From: an uncultured Chloroflexia bacterium
GTDB taxonomy: Bacteria; Chloroflexota; Anaerolineae; CG2-30-64-16
Assembly (NCBI GenBank): GCA_963774265.1
Contig: CAVZDU010000008.1
Location: forward strand, 32,001-96,000
Length of the DNA: 64,000 bases
Reading direction: 5' to 3'
The position numbers were made by a program, and so were the translations under genes. Positions 10,850-20,301 of this stretch are shown here, piece by piece; position 1 is the stretch's first letter, and every line of letters begins with the position of its first letter. The notes under the pieces are model-generated. The model was not told where the DNA came from. It saw only the letters and a list, made by a program, of their open reading frames with translations, and searched no databases.

Positions 10850-12103
10850 TCAGCCCCAGGCGCGTTGGATCTTCGTCGCAGCCATGGCGATATCGTCGAT
10901 GTCCGTCTCATCGCCCAGCAACGCGTACTGGTAGAACCAGATGGTATTCTGGGAGGCCCACTCGGCCCGGGGGCACCCGGGCAGTTCGGGAAGGCCGTCT
11001 CCAGCAACACTGAGGCCGCGCACAGCGGCCTCGCCGCTTTCGGCCATGGCGCGGCGTATGCCAGGGACACGGTTCAGGGGCACATACCCTGGCGCGATCG
11101 GGTCGATGCCTTCACCGCACAAGGCCTCCACAAAGTGGTCACGAGAGCGCCCACCAAACGCCGCCGAATCATACCGCACGATGAATACATGGCGGGATTG
11201 CCGCGTGATGCGCGGATCTGCCTGCAGCGGATTAAGTCCGGGCACCTGGGACAGCCGCTCGACGAGGTAACGTGCATTGGCCTCGCGGCGCTCGGTCTGC
11301 TCATCCAGTCGCTCCAGTTGCGCCAGCAGTACGGCCGATTGCCATTCGGTAATGCGCAGGTTCCAGCCGACGATCTCGTGGTGGTACCACAGCCCTCCCC
11401 GCACCCGCCCCACGTTGTGGAGGGACCAGCAGGCCTCAGCCAACGCCTCGTCGTTTGTGACGATCATCCCCCCCTCACCCGCAGTGATATTCTTGCTGGA
11501 CTGGAAGCTGAACGCGCCGATATCACCAATCGCACCAACTCGGTGACCCCGCCACTCCGACCCCCATGCCTGGCAGGCATCCTCCAGGATCCGCAAGCCA
11601 TGGCGAGCTGCAATGGCGCGGAGGGCATCCATGTCCGTGGGCCGACCGCCCATGTGCACAGGCACGATCACTTTGGTGCGTGGGGTGATCGCTCTCTCCA
11701 CCTCCACAGGATCGAGGTTGTAGCTGGAAAGATCGATGTCGGCGAAGATTGGAACAGCCCCCAGGGCGATCGCAGCGTTGGCTGTGGCGACGAATGTGTA
11801 TGGCGTGGTGATAACCTCATCGCCCTGACGCACCCCAAGGGCCTTCAGCGCCAGCTCAAGCGCCAGGGTTCCATTCGGAACGCATGTCCCGAATTTGGCC
11901 CCCTGGTAAGCTGCAAAACGCGCCTGGAACTCCGCCGTCTTGCTGCCCTTCAGTGCGCCCCATTCTCCTGAATGAAGCACCTCCAGGAGCAAGTGCTCTT
12001 CGCGCTCGTCGAAGACCGGCCATTGCGGGAAGGCGGTGCGGCGGACCGGGACGCCGCCGTCGATAGCAAGTCTTGAATCTGCGGTGCTCCGTTGCACGGT
12101 CAT
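10850..12103 (-). CDS. DegT/DnrJ/EryC1/StrS PLP-dependent sugar/aminocyclitol aminotransferase
   Basis: NGTLALEL, TFVAT, VPVHMGG, LEDACQAWG, FSFQSSKNITAGEGG. Confidence 0.93.
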   Translation of the reverse strand: MTVQRSTADSRLAIDGGVPVRRTAFPQWPVFDEREEHLLLEVLHSGEWGALKGSKTAEFQARFAAYQGAKFGTCVPNGTLALELALKALGVRQGDEVITTPYTFVATANAAIALGAVPIFADIDLSSYNLDPVEVERAITPRTKVIVPVHMGGRPTDMDALRAIAARHGLRILEDACQAWGSEWRGHRVGAIGDIGAFSFQSSKNITAGEGGMIVTNDEALAEACWSLHNVGRVRGGLWYHHEIVGWNLRITEWQSAVLLAQLERLDEQTERREANARYLVERLSQVPGLNPLQADPRITRQSRHVFIVRYDSAAFGGRSRDHFVEALCGEGIDPIAPGYVPLNRVPGIRRAMAESGEAAVRGLSVAGDGLPELPGCPRAEWASQNTIWFYQYALLGDETDIDDIAMAATKIQRAWG

Positions 12104-12118
12104 CCTCTCCTATCCTGC

Positions 12119-13291
12119 CTAACCAACGCGTACCAAGCCGCCTCGTTCGTAGCGGCCATATCGCTCGGCAGCCTCACCCAACGCCCTCAGGTTGGCGTAC
12201 GGCGTGCCCAGATTGATGCTGCCGGCCGTCGTCAACACCAACCCGCCTCCCTCGCCCACCAGCTCGATGCTGCGCCGGGCGGCGTGTGCAATCTGTTCCG
12301 GAGCGCCGTCCTTCAACAGCAGCGGAGGGATACAGCCGTAGATGATGGCGCCCGGCAGCTTGTGACGTATCACCGCAGGATCGGTCTCAGGGTCTGGGTT
12401 GATTCCGTTGACGCCCAGGTCGTGAAAAAAGTCCAGAAGGTGACCCACTCGTGCATCGTTATGTAAAAATCGGTCGTCTTCTGGATCCGGCGCGAGCTCG
12501 CCGTAGATCTTCTCATAGACCGGCATAAAGAAACGCCGAAAGTACCCCGGCGATACCAGGCCGCCAACATCATCAAACACACCCACCCCGGTCATCGGCG
12601 CACCTGTGAGTGCACGTATGGTGCGAGAGTAGCGGACCGTCACCTCAGCGATCGTGGCGAGCAGGCTCCTCACCAGATCGGGGTGGTCGTGCATGGCGAG
12701 CATCATATCGTTGATGCCGAAAAGGAAACCAAGGATGGTTCCCGGCCCGTGGACCGATGTCGAGTCATGGAGTATCCGCCATCGGTAGGGCCGGTTCAGC
12801 GCGCGGTACGAGCCGATGTACCACGGAACCAGGCCGACCTGCGACAGGTCGGCCTTCTCCATCGCCGATATCAGTTGCTTGATGTCTTCCGGCCCATGGA
12901 TGATGTGGTTCAACCAAGGCGTCGACTCCGCTGGATACTCTATTGTCATTCCGTACACGGAGCCATGCAGCAGCGAGGAAGAGTCCACCTTCGCCTTCAG
13001 ATGTAGTCCGATCTCATCCAGAAGGATGGCCGCACAGGCATCCCGGACCCGGTGCTGATAACCGAAATCCTGGATGTACCGGCGATACTCGGCGCCCATC
13101 CGCTCGATGATCCAGTCTTCCCCCAACTCCACAAGAATGGGCACGCGTGAGCGCGCCGGAGAGAACGCAGGTCGGACGGGACGGGCATCCCCGAGAGCCG
13201 GATTTGACTCCCCGTACAGACAGCGGTCGTTCTCCGCCCAAAATGCACGCCACCAAGCGAAATCTCCGCTCTGTGTTTTACCAGGCGCCAC
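12119..13291 (-). CDS. Uroporphyrinogen decarboxylase/MtaA-CmuA-like TIM-barrel protein
   Basis: HGPGT...FGINDMM, VFDD...VSP..FRRFFMP, FLHND, IIYGCIPP, GGGLVLTT pattern of the URO-D superfamily. Confidence 0.75.
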   Translation of the reverse strand: MAPGKTQSGDFAWWRAFWAENDRCLYGESNPALGDARPVRPAFSPARSRVPILVELGEDWIIERMGAEYRRYIQDFGYQHRVRDACAAILLDEIGLHLKAKVDSSSLLHGSVYGMTIEYPAESTPWLNHIIHGPEDIKQLISAMEKADLSQVGLVPWYIGSYRALNRPYRWRILHDSTSVHGPGTILGFLFGINDMMLAMHDHPDLVRSLLATIAEVTVRYSRTIRALTGAPMTGVGVFDDVGGLVSPGYFRRFFMPVYEKIYGELAPDPEDDRFLHNDARVGHLLDFFHDLGVNGINPDPETDPAVIRHKLPGAIIYGCIPPLLLKDGAPEQIAHAARRSIELVGEGGGLVLTTAGSINLGTPYANLRALGEAAERYGRYERGGLVRVG

Positions 13292-13293
13292 GA

Positions 13294-13641
13294 TCAGTCC
13301 TCCGCTAACATCCGGGTCACGTAGACGTACTCGATACGCTCCCCCGATGCCACCAATACATCATGATCGGTGGCGGGCGGGATATCCACCACGCACGGCG
13401 CCTCGATTTCGATCCGCTCGTCGCCGCGAACCAGGGTGCCCCGGCCTTTCAGGACGACAAAGGCCTGATGCCAGGTCGGGTGACAGCCCAGTCCATTGCG
13501 CCCTGGCCCCTCGACGATATCGTAGCCCACTACAACACCGGGCACGATGCCACGCGGCACGACATCCCGACAAGTCTGGTTCTGCGATCCTGGATCACTG
13601 TAAGTAGGTATTTCGGCAAACGTCTTGTGATAGGTAGTCAT
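13294..13641 (-). CDS. Cupin-domain protein
   Basis: HPTWHQAFVVLKGRGTL...DIPPATDH cupin motifs. Confidence 0.8.
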   Translation of the reverse strand: MTTYHKTFAEIPTYSDPGSQNQTCRDVVPRGIVPGVVVGYDIVEGPGRNGLGCHPTWHQAFVVLKGRGTLVRGDERIEIEAPCVVDIPPATDHDVLVASGERIEYVYVTRMLAED

Positions 13642-13650
13642 TGACGCTCC

Positions 13651-14427
13651 TTATCGGCTCAATGCGGGAAACAGGTGTCGGGCATTCTCACCCATGACCA
13701 GGCGCAACTCCGCATCGGAGAGACCGGCATCCTCCATCGCGCCGACCATATGTGAAACGGCAAACAGGTTGGCATCGGTGCCGAATAACACCCGTTCCGG
13801 GCCTACGGCGTCGATGGCAGCTCGAACCTTTTCCGGGTCAGTCCAACTACTGCACAACTCCAGGTACAGGTTTGGGGCCTCTCTTCCCACGCGCGCGCCT
13901 TCCCACCAGGCATCACCACCCATGTGGCCCAGGATGAATGACACCTCGGGAAAGGCCTTCGCGGCCGGCAGCACGTTCCAGGGAGACTCGATCGCGGACC
14001 CGAAGGTGTGAACAAGGATGGGCACGCGGTACTTGGCCACCTCCGCAGCGAGCTCCATGCCTTCCGGTGTATCGAAGCGATGCCTGGACAGGCTCTGGTG
14101 CACCTTAACACCGATGAATTGACCGCCGAAAGGCGAACCGGCCCCAAGGTAGCGCGCCAACTCACCCGCGGCCCGCTCTGGATAGTTCAGGTTCACCGAA
14201 ACATAACCCCAAAGTTGGGGAAGACCGCGTATCTCATCGGCCAGGGCACGGTTGCCCTCGGTCGCGTCGTACACGATGGCCAGGCTGTGCGACGCAATGG
14301 TGGCCTCAATCCCGTGCGTCTGCATCTCCGCAGCCAACTCGGCAGCAGTTGCCTGTTTGATCGGGTAAGACCACCTGCCGAGGTGGGCGTGGACGTCGAC
14401 CATGCGCAATGATCGGAGGTCGTTCAT
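13651..14427 (-). CDS. Amidohydrolase_2-family metal-dependent hydrolase
   Basis: VDVHAHLG, GVKVH, ILVHT, ILGHMGG, LFGTD; start ATG 14427 overlaps upstream stop (ATGA). Confidence 0.88.
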   Translation of the reverse strand: MNDLRSLRMVDVHAHLGRWSYPIKQATAAELAAEMQTHGIEATIASHSLAIVYDATEGNRALADEIRGLPQLWGYVSVNLNYPERAAGELARYLGAGSPFGGQFIGVKVHQSLSRHRFDTPEGMELAAEVAKYRVPILVHTFGSAIESPWNVLPAAKAFPEVSFILGHMGGDAWWEGARVGREAPNLYLELCSSWTDPEKVRAAIDAVGPERVLFGTDANLFAVSHMVGAMEDAGLSDAELRLVMGENARHLFPALSR

Positions 14428-15158
14428 GGCTTTCTCCCCAGCAGTCGGCGCAAATTGCCGCCCAGAATCGCCTGCCTGCTCTCGGGCGTTATGTCCGCCG
14501 ATATGACCCGCTTCAGTGCGGCGCCCAGGGCGGATAGCGGCGCACCGGAGCCGAAGATCAAACGCCCTGGGCCCATCTCGGATATCAGCATCTCGAGAGC
14601 TCCTGGCCCGTGCAACTGTCGCGTCGACACATAGAATCCTGCTCCTTCCTCCATTACTGCCAGGAGATCGGCCATCTGATAGTAGTGGGCGCCCAGGATG
14701 ACCGGAACGCGTACTCCGGCGGTGGCACGCGCCACCGCGCTGGGCTGACCGTAGATGAACAACACTGCGCCAGCATCCTCCAACGCACCGAGCACGCGGC
14801 GAAACGGCGCCAGATCGAGGGTCCAGCCCTGGTGCTCGGGGAACAGCCTCCACAGCTTCACGCCGGCCTCGGTCAGGCGCCGGATCTCGTCACGGTACCC
14901 CGCGAATCGTCGCAGGTCGATCGTGCCGACCGGGACGAGTCGCGGTTCGCTCGCACACCACCCCAAAGTCTCGCTGTTGCCGGCCAGGTCATCGTAGAAG
15001 ATGCCCCTGGCCGAGACAACGCAGCTCTCCGCTACGCCGTGCAGCTCCATCATCTCAAGAAGTCGTCGGATGGAGATGTCCGCTCGCCGGATAGGCCAGC
15101 TCCCCGCCAGCGTGTCAAGGTCCAGAATGTCTTCCATCACTACAGTCCTCTTATGCAA
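14424..15158 (-). CDS. Amidohydrolase-fold protein lacking metal ligands
   Basis: Same barrel layout (RLFPEHQG, RLIFGSGAP, ILGGNLRRLL) but HxH replaced by DT and the catalytic Asp by Gly. Confidence 0.7.
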   Translation of the reverse strand: MHKRTVVMEDILDLDTLAGSWPIRRADISIRRLLEMMELHGVAESCVVSARGIFYDDLAGNSETLGWCASEPRLVPVGTIDLRRFAGYRDEIRRLTEAGVKLWRLFPEHQGWTLDLAPFRRVLGALEDAGAVLFIYGQPSAVARATAGVRVPVILGAHYYQMADLLAVMEEGAGFYVSTRQLHGPGALEMLISEMGPGRLIFGSGAPLSALGAALKRVISADITPESRQAILGGNLRRLLGRKP

Positions 15159-15170
15159 CCGACTTGAATT

Positions 15171-16479
15171 TCACGCCAGGTGATCCCGACGGACATCGGC
15201 CATGGCACCCTGGATCGCCTCCAGTGCCCTGCTCATATCCTGCTCGGTGTGCGCGGCGGAGAAGCCATGATGCGCCGACACGTGGAAATAGACCCCGCGA
15301 CGAATGCACCCCGCGATGAAAGTGTACAACATGTCCATGTCCTGCTGCGCGGCCTGGCGGTAGTTGCGAACGTGCTCCGTCACGCCGAAGTAGAGGCCAA
15401 ACCGTGGGCCGACATGCTGCAACTTCACCGGCACGCCACTCCGGGCGATAATCTCCCGAAAACCGCGGTAGAAGATCTCCCCAATCGCATCCATCCGTTC
15501 GTAGAAGCCGGGCTCGTTGTAGATCGCCAGTGCAGCGCGCGCGGCCAGCACTGTGGTGAGATGTGCCAGGTAGGTGCCGCTATGCTCGCTCTGCCCCACC
15601 GGCCGCAGGTTGAGCATCACATCCCGCTTTCCTGCAATCGCGCTGATCGGCATGCCGCCGCCAAAGGCCTTGCCCAAAACGCACAGGTCAGGTGTCACGC
15701 CAAGATAAGCTTGCCGCGCCACCGGGGGCCATTCGAAACGCGGTCAACACCTCATCGAAGAACAGCACCACTCCGTGACGACTGCACAACTCCCGGCACA
15801 ATTGCACGAAGCCCGGGTCAGGTGTGATACAGCCCGAGTCGTAGTTGATCGGCTCCATGACCAGCGTCGCAATCTCGCTGCCATGATGGGCAAAGGCAGC
15901 CTCGAGGGAAGACGGGTCGTTGAAGGGTATGACGATGATCAGTGAGTCCAGCGCAGCCGGCATTCCTGCCGATTGACGGTACGGTCGGGGCGCGGCGGCC
16001 GGTCCAGCGCGATCGAGCGGCGGGGCCGAACTGTAGTAGAGATAGTCTACGTAGCCGTGAAAATGGCCTTCGAATTTCAGCACAACCTCGCGGCTGGTGG
16101 CAGCGCGCGCCAGGCGCAGGGCGTGCATCATCGTCTCGGTGCCCGAGCCTGCGAAACGGACCATCTCCGCACACGGGATCATCTCGCATACCTGCTGCGC
16201 GAGTGCAGAATGGTGTTCCGTCTCGTATGCGCAGATGACCCCCATTTCCAGCGCTTGTGTTACGGCCTCTTTGATCGCGGGATGGTTATGCCCCAGCAGT
16301 GACGCGCCGTGGGACGTACACATGTCGACGTACTCGCGGCCCTCCTGGTCATAGACATGGGGTCCATCTCCACGCGACACGTAGAACGGGTGCCCGATCG
16401 CCGCGTTGACGCGGGCCGAGGCCGATACGCCCCCGGGAATATAGCGTTGCGCGAAAGTGTATAGGTCCTGAGTGTTCAC
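15171..16479 (-). CDS. Class-III aminotransferase, glutamate-1-semialdehyde aminomutase-like (frameshift near 15715)
   Basis: IPGGVS, LLGHNHP, SGTET, KFEGHFHG, FDEVLTAFR, LGKAFGGGMPI. Confidence 0.88.
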
Positions 16480-16510
16480 AAACTAGTTCCTCACCTATGT
16501 GACCATGTGC

Positions 16511-16544
16511 AAAAGAAACGGTGCCGGCTCCAGCGCCGGCACCG
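16511..16544 (-). terminator. Intrinsic terminator-like hairpin inside the operon
   Basis: Minus strand CGGTGCCGGC-GCTGGA-GCCGGCACCG followed by TTTCTTTT. Confidence 0.65.
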
Positions 16545-16601
16545 CCCGTCCTGTTGAAGCTCACGACAGACAGGAAATCCTGTTTGCCAGGCAGAGCAGT
16601 T

Positions 16602-17447
16602 TCATCCTTTCACTGCACCCAGTGTGACGCCGCGCTGGATCTGCTTCCGGAAGAGGAAGTATACCAGCAACACAGGCATGAAGCTGAACACCGAGGCCGC
16701 GGAGATTGGCCCGAAGTCGACGGTGAAGGCGTTCTGGAAGAACCCCAGGCCCAACTCCATATTGTACATCTCGGTTCGTCGAGTGACGAGCAAGGGCCAG
16801 ATGAAGGCGGCCCAGGCCTGCATGAAGGCCAGAATGGCCAACGCCCCAATGGCGGATTTGGAAAGAGGCAAAACCATCGTACTGAAGACGCGCCAGTCGG
16901 AGGCTCCGTCCATCCGCGCAGCTTCAAGAAGTTCGTCCGGAATGCCATGCCCGATGTTCTGGCGCATGAAGAAGATGCCGAAGCTCATGATCAGGTAGGG
17001 CGCCACCATGCCCTGGTAGGTGTTAAGCCACTTCAGCTTAACCATGGTCATGAACAGGGGCAGGATGTAAACTTCGAGCGGCACCATGGCGGTGAGCAGG
17101 ATGATCCCGAAGAGCAGGTTGCGCCCTGGGAATTTGTACTTGCTGAACACATAGCCGGCCAGGGTCGATGTCAGAATGATGCCGATCGTGGAGACCGTCG
17201 ACATGACGATGCTGTTGAAGAAGAAACGCACGAAGGGCGCAGCTGTGCGCAGTTTGGCGTAGTTTTCGAGCGTAGGGTTGATGGGAATCATGTTGGGAGG
17301 CCAGGCGATGACTTCAGTCGCCGGCTTGAATGATGTGGAGATCATCCAAAGGAAAGGAAGCACCATGATCACGCTGAGCAGGATCAAGATGGTCCAGACC
17401 AGGATCCGGCCCGGCACGCCAAGCTGTAAGATGCGCGTCTGATCCAT
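16602..17447 (-). CDS. Carbohydrate ABC transporter permease (CUT1, MalG-like)
   Basis: IPDELLEAARMDGAS EAA loop; 6 TM segments. Confidence 0.93.
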   Translation of the reverse strand: MDQTRILQLGVPGRILVWTILILLSVIMVLPFLWMISTSFKPATEVIAWPPNMIPINPTLENYAKLRTAAPFVRFFFNSIVMSTVSTIGIILTSTLAGYVFSKYKFPGRNLLFGIILLTAMVPLEVYILPLFMTMVKLKWLNTYQGMVAPYLIMSFGIFFMRQNIGHGIPDELLEAARMDGASDWRVFSTMVLPLSKSAIGALAILAFMQAWAAFIWPLLVTRRTEMYNMELGLGFFQNAFTVDFGPISAASVFSFMPVLLVYFLFRKQIQRGVTLGAVKG

Positions 17448-17459
17448 AGGTTGTCTCCT

Positions 17460-18419
17460 CTACTCGCTGCGAACCAGGCGGAACTGAGCGACGGTCAACA
17501 CCAGGATGATCAGGAACAGGACGAGGGCCTCTGCCGATGCATAGCCGATGCGCTGGAAATTGAAAGCGTTCAGGTACATGTCATAGACCAGCACCCGTAG
17601 GGTGATGCCGCCCGTGCCTTGCGCGGCCTGGGTCATGACGTAGACCGGCGTGAATACGTTGAAAGCGTTAATGGTCGAAATAACCAGCACGAACAAGCTG
17701 ATGGGCATCAGCAGCGGCCAGGTGATGTTCTTAAACGACTGCCAGAAACTGGCTCCGTCGAGCGCCGCGGCCTCGTAGTACTCTAGGGAGATGGCCCGGA
17801 TGCCCACCAGAAAGATGACCATGTTGTAGCCAATCACCTTCCAGATGCCCAGGACGATGATCGCCCACTTGGCCGTCTCAGGATGAAGCAACCAGCCCAC
17901 CGGCGCGACGCCGAAAAGCGAGAGAAAGTAGTTCAACAGGCCCACAGACGGGTCGTAAATCCACTTCCAGGCAATCGAAACCGGGACCCAGGGCGTGATC
18001 ACCGGGATGAAGTAGATTAGCTCAAAAAAAGAGGACCCTCTTGGCAGCGCACCTGCGAGGAGCACGGCCAGGGCCAGGCCGATCGCCACGCCGATGATCA
18101 CGGTCACGAAGGCGTACTGCGTGGTGTAGCCGATGGCGCCGAGGAAACTCGGATCTGTGGCCATCTCCTGAAAATTGGACAGGCCAACGAAGTTACTGGG
18201 CAGGTTGGGCATCTTGAGGTCTGTCAGGCTCAGCCAGAAGCTCTGCAGAATCGGGATGATGCGGATGACCACATAGATTGCCAACACCGGCAACAAGGCC
18301 AGATAGGCAAATATCCAGCGGTCCAGTTCATATTGGGGAACATGGAACAAGCGTCGAGCGAGGCTCTGCTTGCCGTCCGGCACAGGCGTACTTTGCTGAC
18401 GAAGACTGTTCATAGTCAC
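17460..18419 (-). CDS. Carbohydrate ABC transporter permease (CUT1, MalF-like)
   Basis: EYYEAAALDGAS..Q.F..ITWP EAA loop; GYASA. Confidence 0.93.
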   Translation of the reverse strand: MTMNSLRQQSTPVPDGKQSLARRLFHVPQYELDRWIFAYLALLPVLAIYVVIRIIPILQSFWLSLTDLKMPNLPSNFVGLSNFQEMATDPSFLGAIGYTTQYAFVTVIIGVAIGLALAVLLAGALPRGSSFFELIYFIPVITPWVPVSIAWKWIYDPSVGLLNYFLSLFGVAPVGWLLHPETAKWAIIVLGIWKVIGYNMVIFLVGIRAISLEYYEAAALDGASFWQSFKNITWPLLMPISLFVLVISTINAFNVFTPVYVMTQAAQGTGGITLRVLVYDMYLNAFNFQRIGYASAEALVLFLIILVLTVAQFRLVRSE

Positions 18420-18569
18420 TCCCTGTCAAGCGAGCCGGTGGAAGGTGCCTGGATGTGCGACCTGCGCGAGTCAGGTGTTGTGAGCCCCGACGTGGTGCGC
18501 CGGACCGGCGGAGCGGACAAAGGTGAGGAAGTTGTCCTGCCCCGCCGGGGTCGTCGACGACGTGTAAGG

Positions 18570-19958
18570 CTACTCGCCGCCTTTACCGTCACGCTTCAGG
18601 ATAGCATTGCCTTCAGCCGCAGCATCATCCAGCACTTTCTTGATGCCTTCCCGGTTGTTGGCAAGGCTGGCATCCAGGTATGCATTGACCAGCCGTTCTG
18701 AGTACTTGGTCTGGATCTCGTCAAACACACCCAGAGGCGGGTACTTGTAATATTCGTACGCCGGATCGTTGACCATGAAAGCCTTGAAAGCGGGTTTCTT
18801 CGCCAGGATCTCAGAGAAGTCAACGTCCTGGCGCGAGGGTAGCCAGCCGACCTCATCCAGCACCATCTTCTGGTATTCGGGCTGAATCATGAAGAGGGCA
18901 AAGGTCCAGGCGAGATCAGGATCCTTCGCACTCTTGTTGACCCAGAAGCCCATGGGATTGCGCAAGGTGCCCCAACGGGCATCCTTAGGCATAGGCATGG
19001 TGCCATACTTCAGATCTGGGGCCTTCTTGGCGATATCGCCAATGACCCAGGTCTCGCGCTGGAACATGCAGGATTGGCCGAGCTCGAATCCCTGGGCATC
19101 GTGTTGTATGTCGATGCTATCGGTCTTCCAATTGTAGAGCATGTCAATATAGGTCTGCAGGTTCTTCTGGCCACCCTCGCTATTGAGGGTAACCTTGTAC
19201 TTGTTGTCGCCCGCAGGCTGCCAGGAATCCAGGCCACGCGGATAGCCCATGATCCAGAATTTCTCACCCACGCCGCTGCCCTGACCCGAAAGGCGCAAGC
19301 TGAAGCCGGCGCGCGTCACCTTACCGGACGCATCATACTTGGTCATCTTCTTTGCGGCGTCGATGAAGGCATCCCATTCCATCGGCTTGTCGCTCGCAGG
19401 TTCCGCCAGACCGGCTTCTTTGAAGCAGTCTTTGTTGTAGAAAATCGCCGCGCGGCCCTCAAAGAAGGGTACCACGTAGCGGGTGCCGTTCACCGTAAAG
19501 TAGCCGGTAACCCAGTCGTCCCAATAGCCCTTGGTCTGATCGGCCACCCATTGAGGCAACGCAGGCATGAGGCCCGCCTCAATGAACTTGAAGTTGGCAT
19601 AGAGCGAGCCTTCGTAAACATCGGGTCCCGTGTCGGTCGGCACTGAACTGGCCAGCTTCTGCTCATGATCGCGCAGCGCGCTGGTGAGGATATTGACCTT
19701 CACCTTGGGATACTTGGCCTGGAAGTCAGCGGCCACCTTGTCATAGACCGGCTTAAACTCGGGATAACCGCTCCAGAAAGTAAGCTCGCCGGAGAACTCT
19801 TTAGCAGGGGCGGCAGCTGGGGCAGCAGTGGCGCCGGCAGGTGCAGCAGCGGCGGGTGCGGCGGTCGGTGCAGCGGCAGGCGCCGCGCACGACATCAGAA
19901 AAGACGCCACGATGAGCAGCGACACGAAAAGGGGCAAACGCGGAATTCTGCTGGTCAC
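18570..19958 (-). CDS. ABC solute-binding lipoprotein (family 1)
   Basis: Lipobox FLMSC, Ala/Pro linker, ELTFWS, IFYNKDCFKEAGL, LPSR. Confidence 0.92.
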   Translation of the reverse strand: MTSRIPRLPLFVSLLIVASFLMSCAAPAAAPTAAPAAAAPAGATAAPAAAPAKEFSGELTFWSGYPEFKPVYDKVAADFQAKYPKVKVNILTSALRDHEQKLASSVPTDTGPDVYEGSLYANFKFIEAGLMPALPQWVADQTKGYWDDWVTGYFTVNGTRYVVPFFEGRAAIFYNKDCFKEAGLAEPASDKPMEWDAFIDAAKKMTKYDASGKVTRAGFSLRLSGQGSGVGEKFWIMGYPRGLDSWQPAGDNKYKVTLNSEGGQKNLQTYIDMLYNWKTDSIDIQHDAQGFELGQSCMFQRETWVIGDIAKKAPDLKYGTMPMPKDARWGTLRNPMGFWVNKSAKDPDLAWTFALFMIQPEYQKMVLDEVGWLPSRQDVDFSEILAKKPAFKAFMVNDPAYEYYKYPPLGVFDEIQTKYSERLVNAYLDASLANNREGIKKVLDDAAAEGNAILKRDGKGGE

Positions 19959-20106
19959 TTCGGATCCTCCTACATTGAGATGTCACATGATCACAGATCA
20001 ACAGGGGCAACGGTCGGGGTTTACTGGCAGTCGGTCTCCCTTCGTACGAAGTCCGCTAGATGCCAAGCGGACCGGCACCAAAGAACATGGCTTACCATGC
20101 GGGGAG

Positions 20107-20136
20107 AATATACCATGTCACGGACATTTGTGTCAA
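20107..20136 (-). promoter_or_regulatory. Putative promoter of the minus-strand ABC/catabolic operon
   Basis: Minus strand TTGACA-N18-TATATT with TG preceding the -10. Confidence 0.5.
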
Positions 20137-20301
20137 CACACCCGCCGATAGCGCCAGAGTGAGATGGGGTGCCTTGCCGCTTGAGAGTCAACTCGCAGCC
20201 GGCCGCTTAATCCGTGGTACAATGGCACGCGAGAAGCGAAAAGTCGGTGACGTCGTGAGGGTAACCCATCGTGCCCGCACAAATCGAAACGGAAGCGGTA
20301 C

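Noticed and set aside
10823-11971. Long antisense or overlapping ORFs (also 22565-23509, 26743-27876, 41151-42599, 50998-51975, 59970-60902)
   Set aside because: Shadow frames of GC-rich real genes with no recognisable motifs.
15171-16479. hemL, and hemE for the URO-D-like genes (tetrapyrrole synthesis)
   Set aside because: No other hem genes; the context is ABC-linked catabolism, so gene symbols were withheld.
18480-18555. Structured ncRNA between the binding-protein and permease genes
   Set aside because: A GC-rich imperfect stem-loop of the kind routinely found after binding-protein genes; no family motif recognised.
19790-19890. Ala/Pro-rich short tandem repeats
   Set aside because: Ordinary flexible linker after a lipoprotein anchor.
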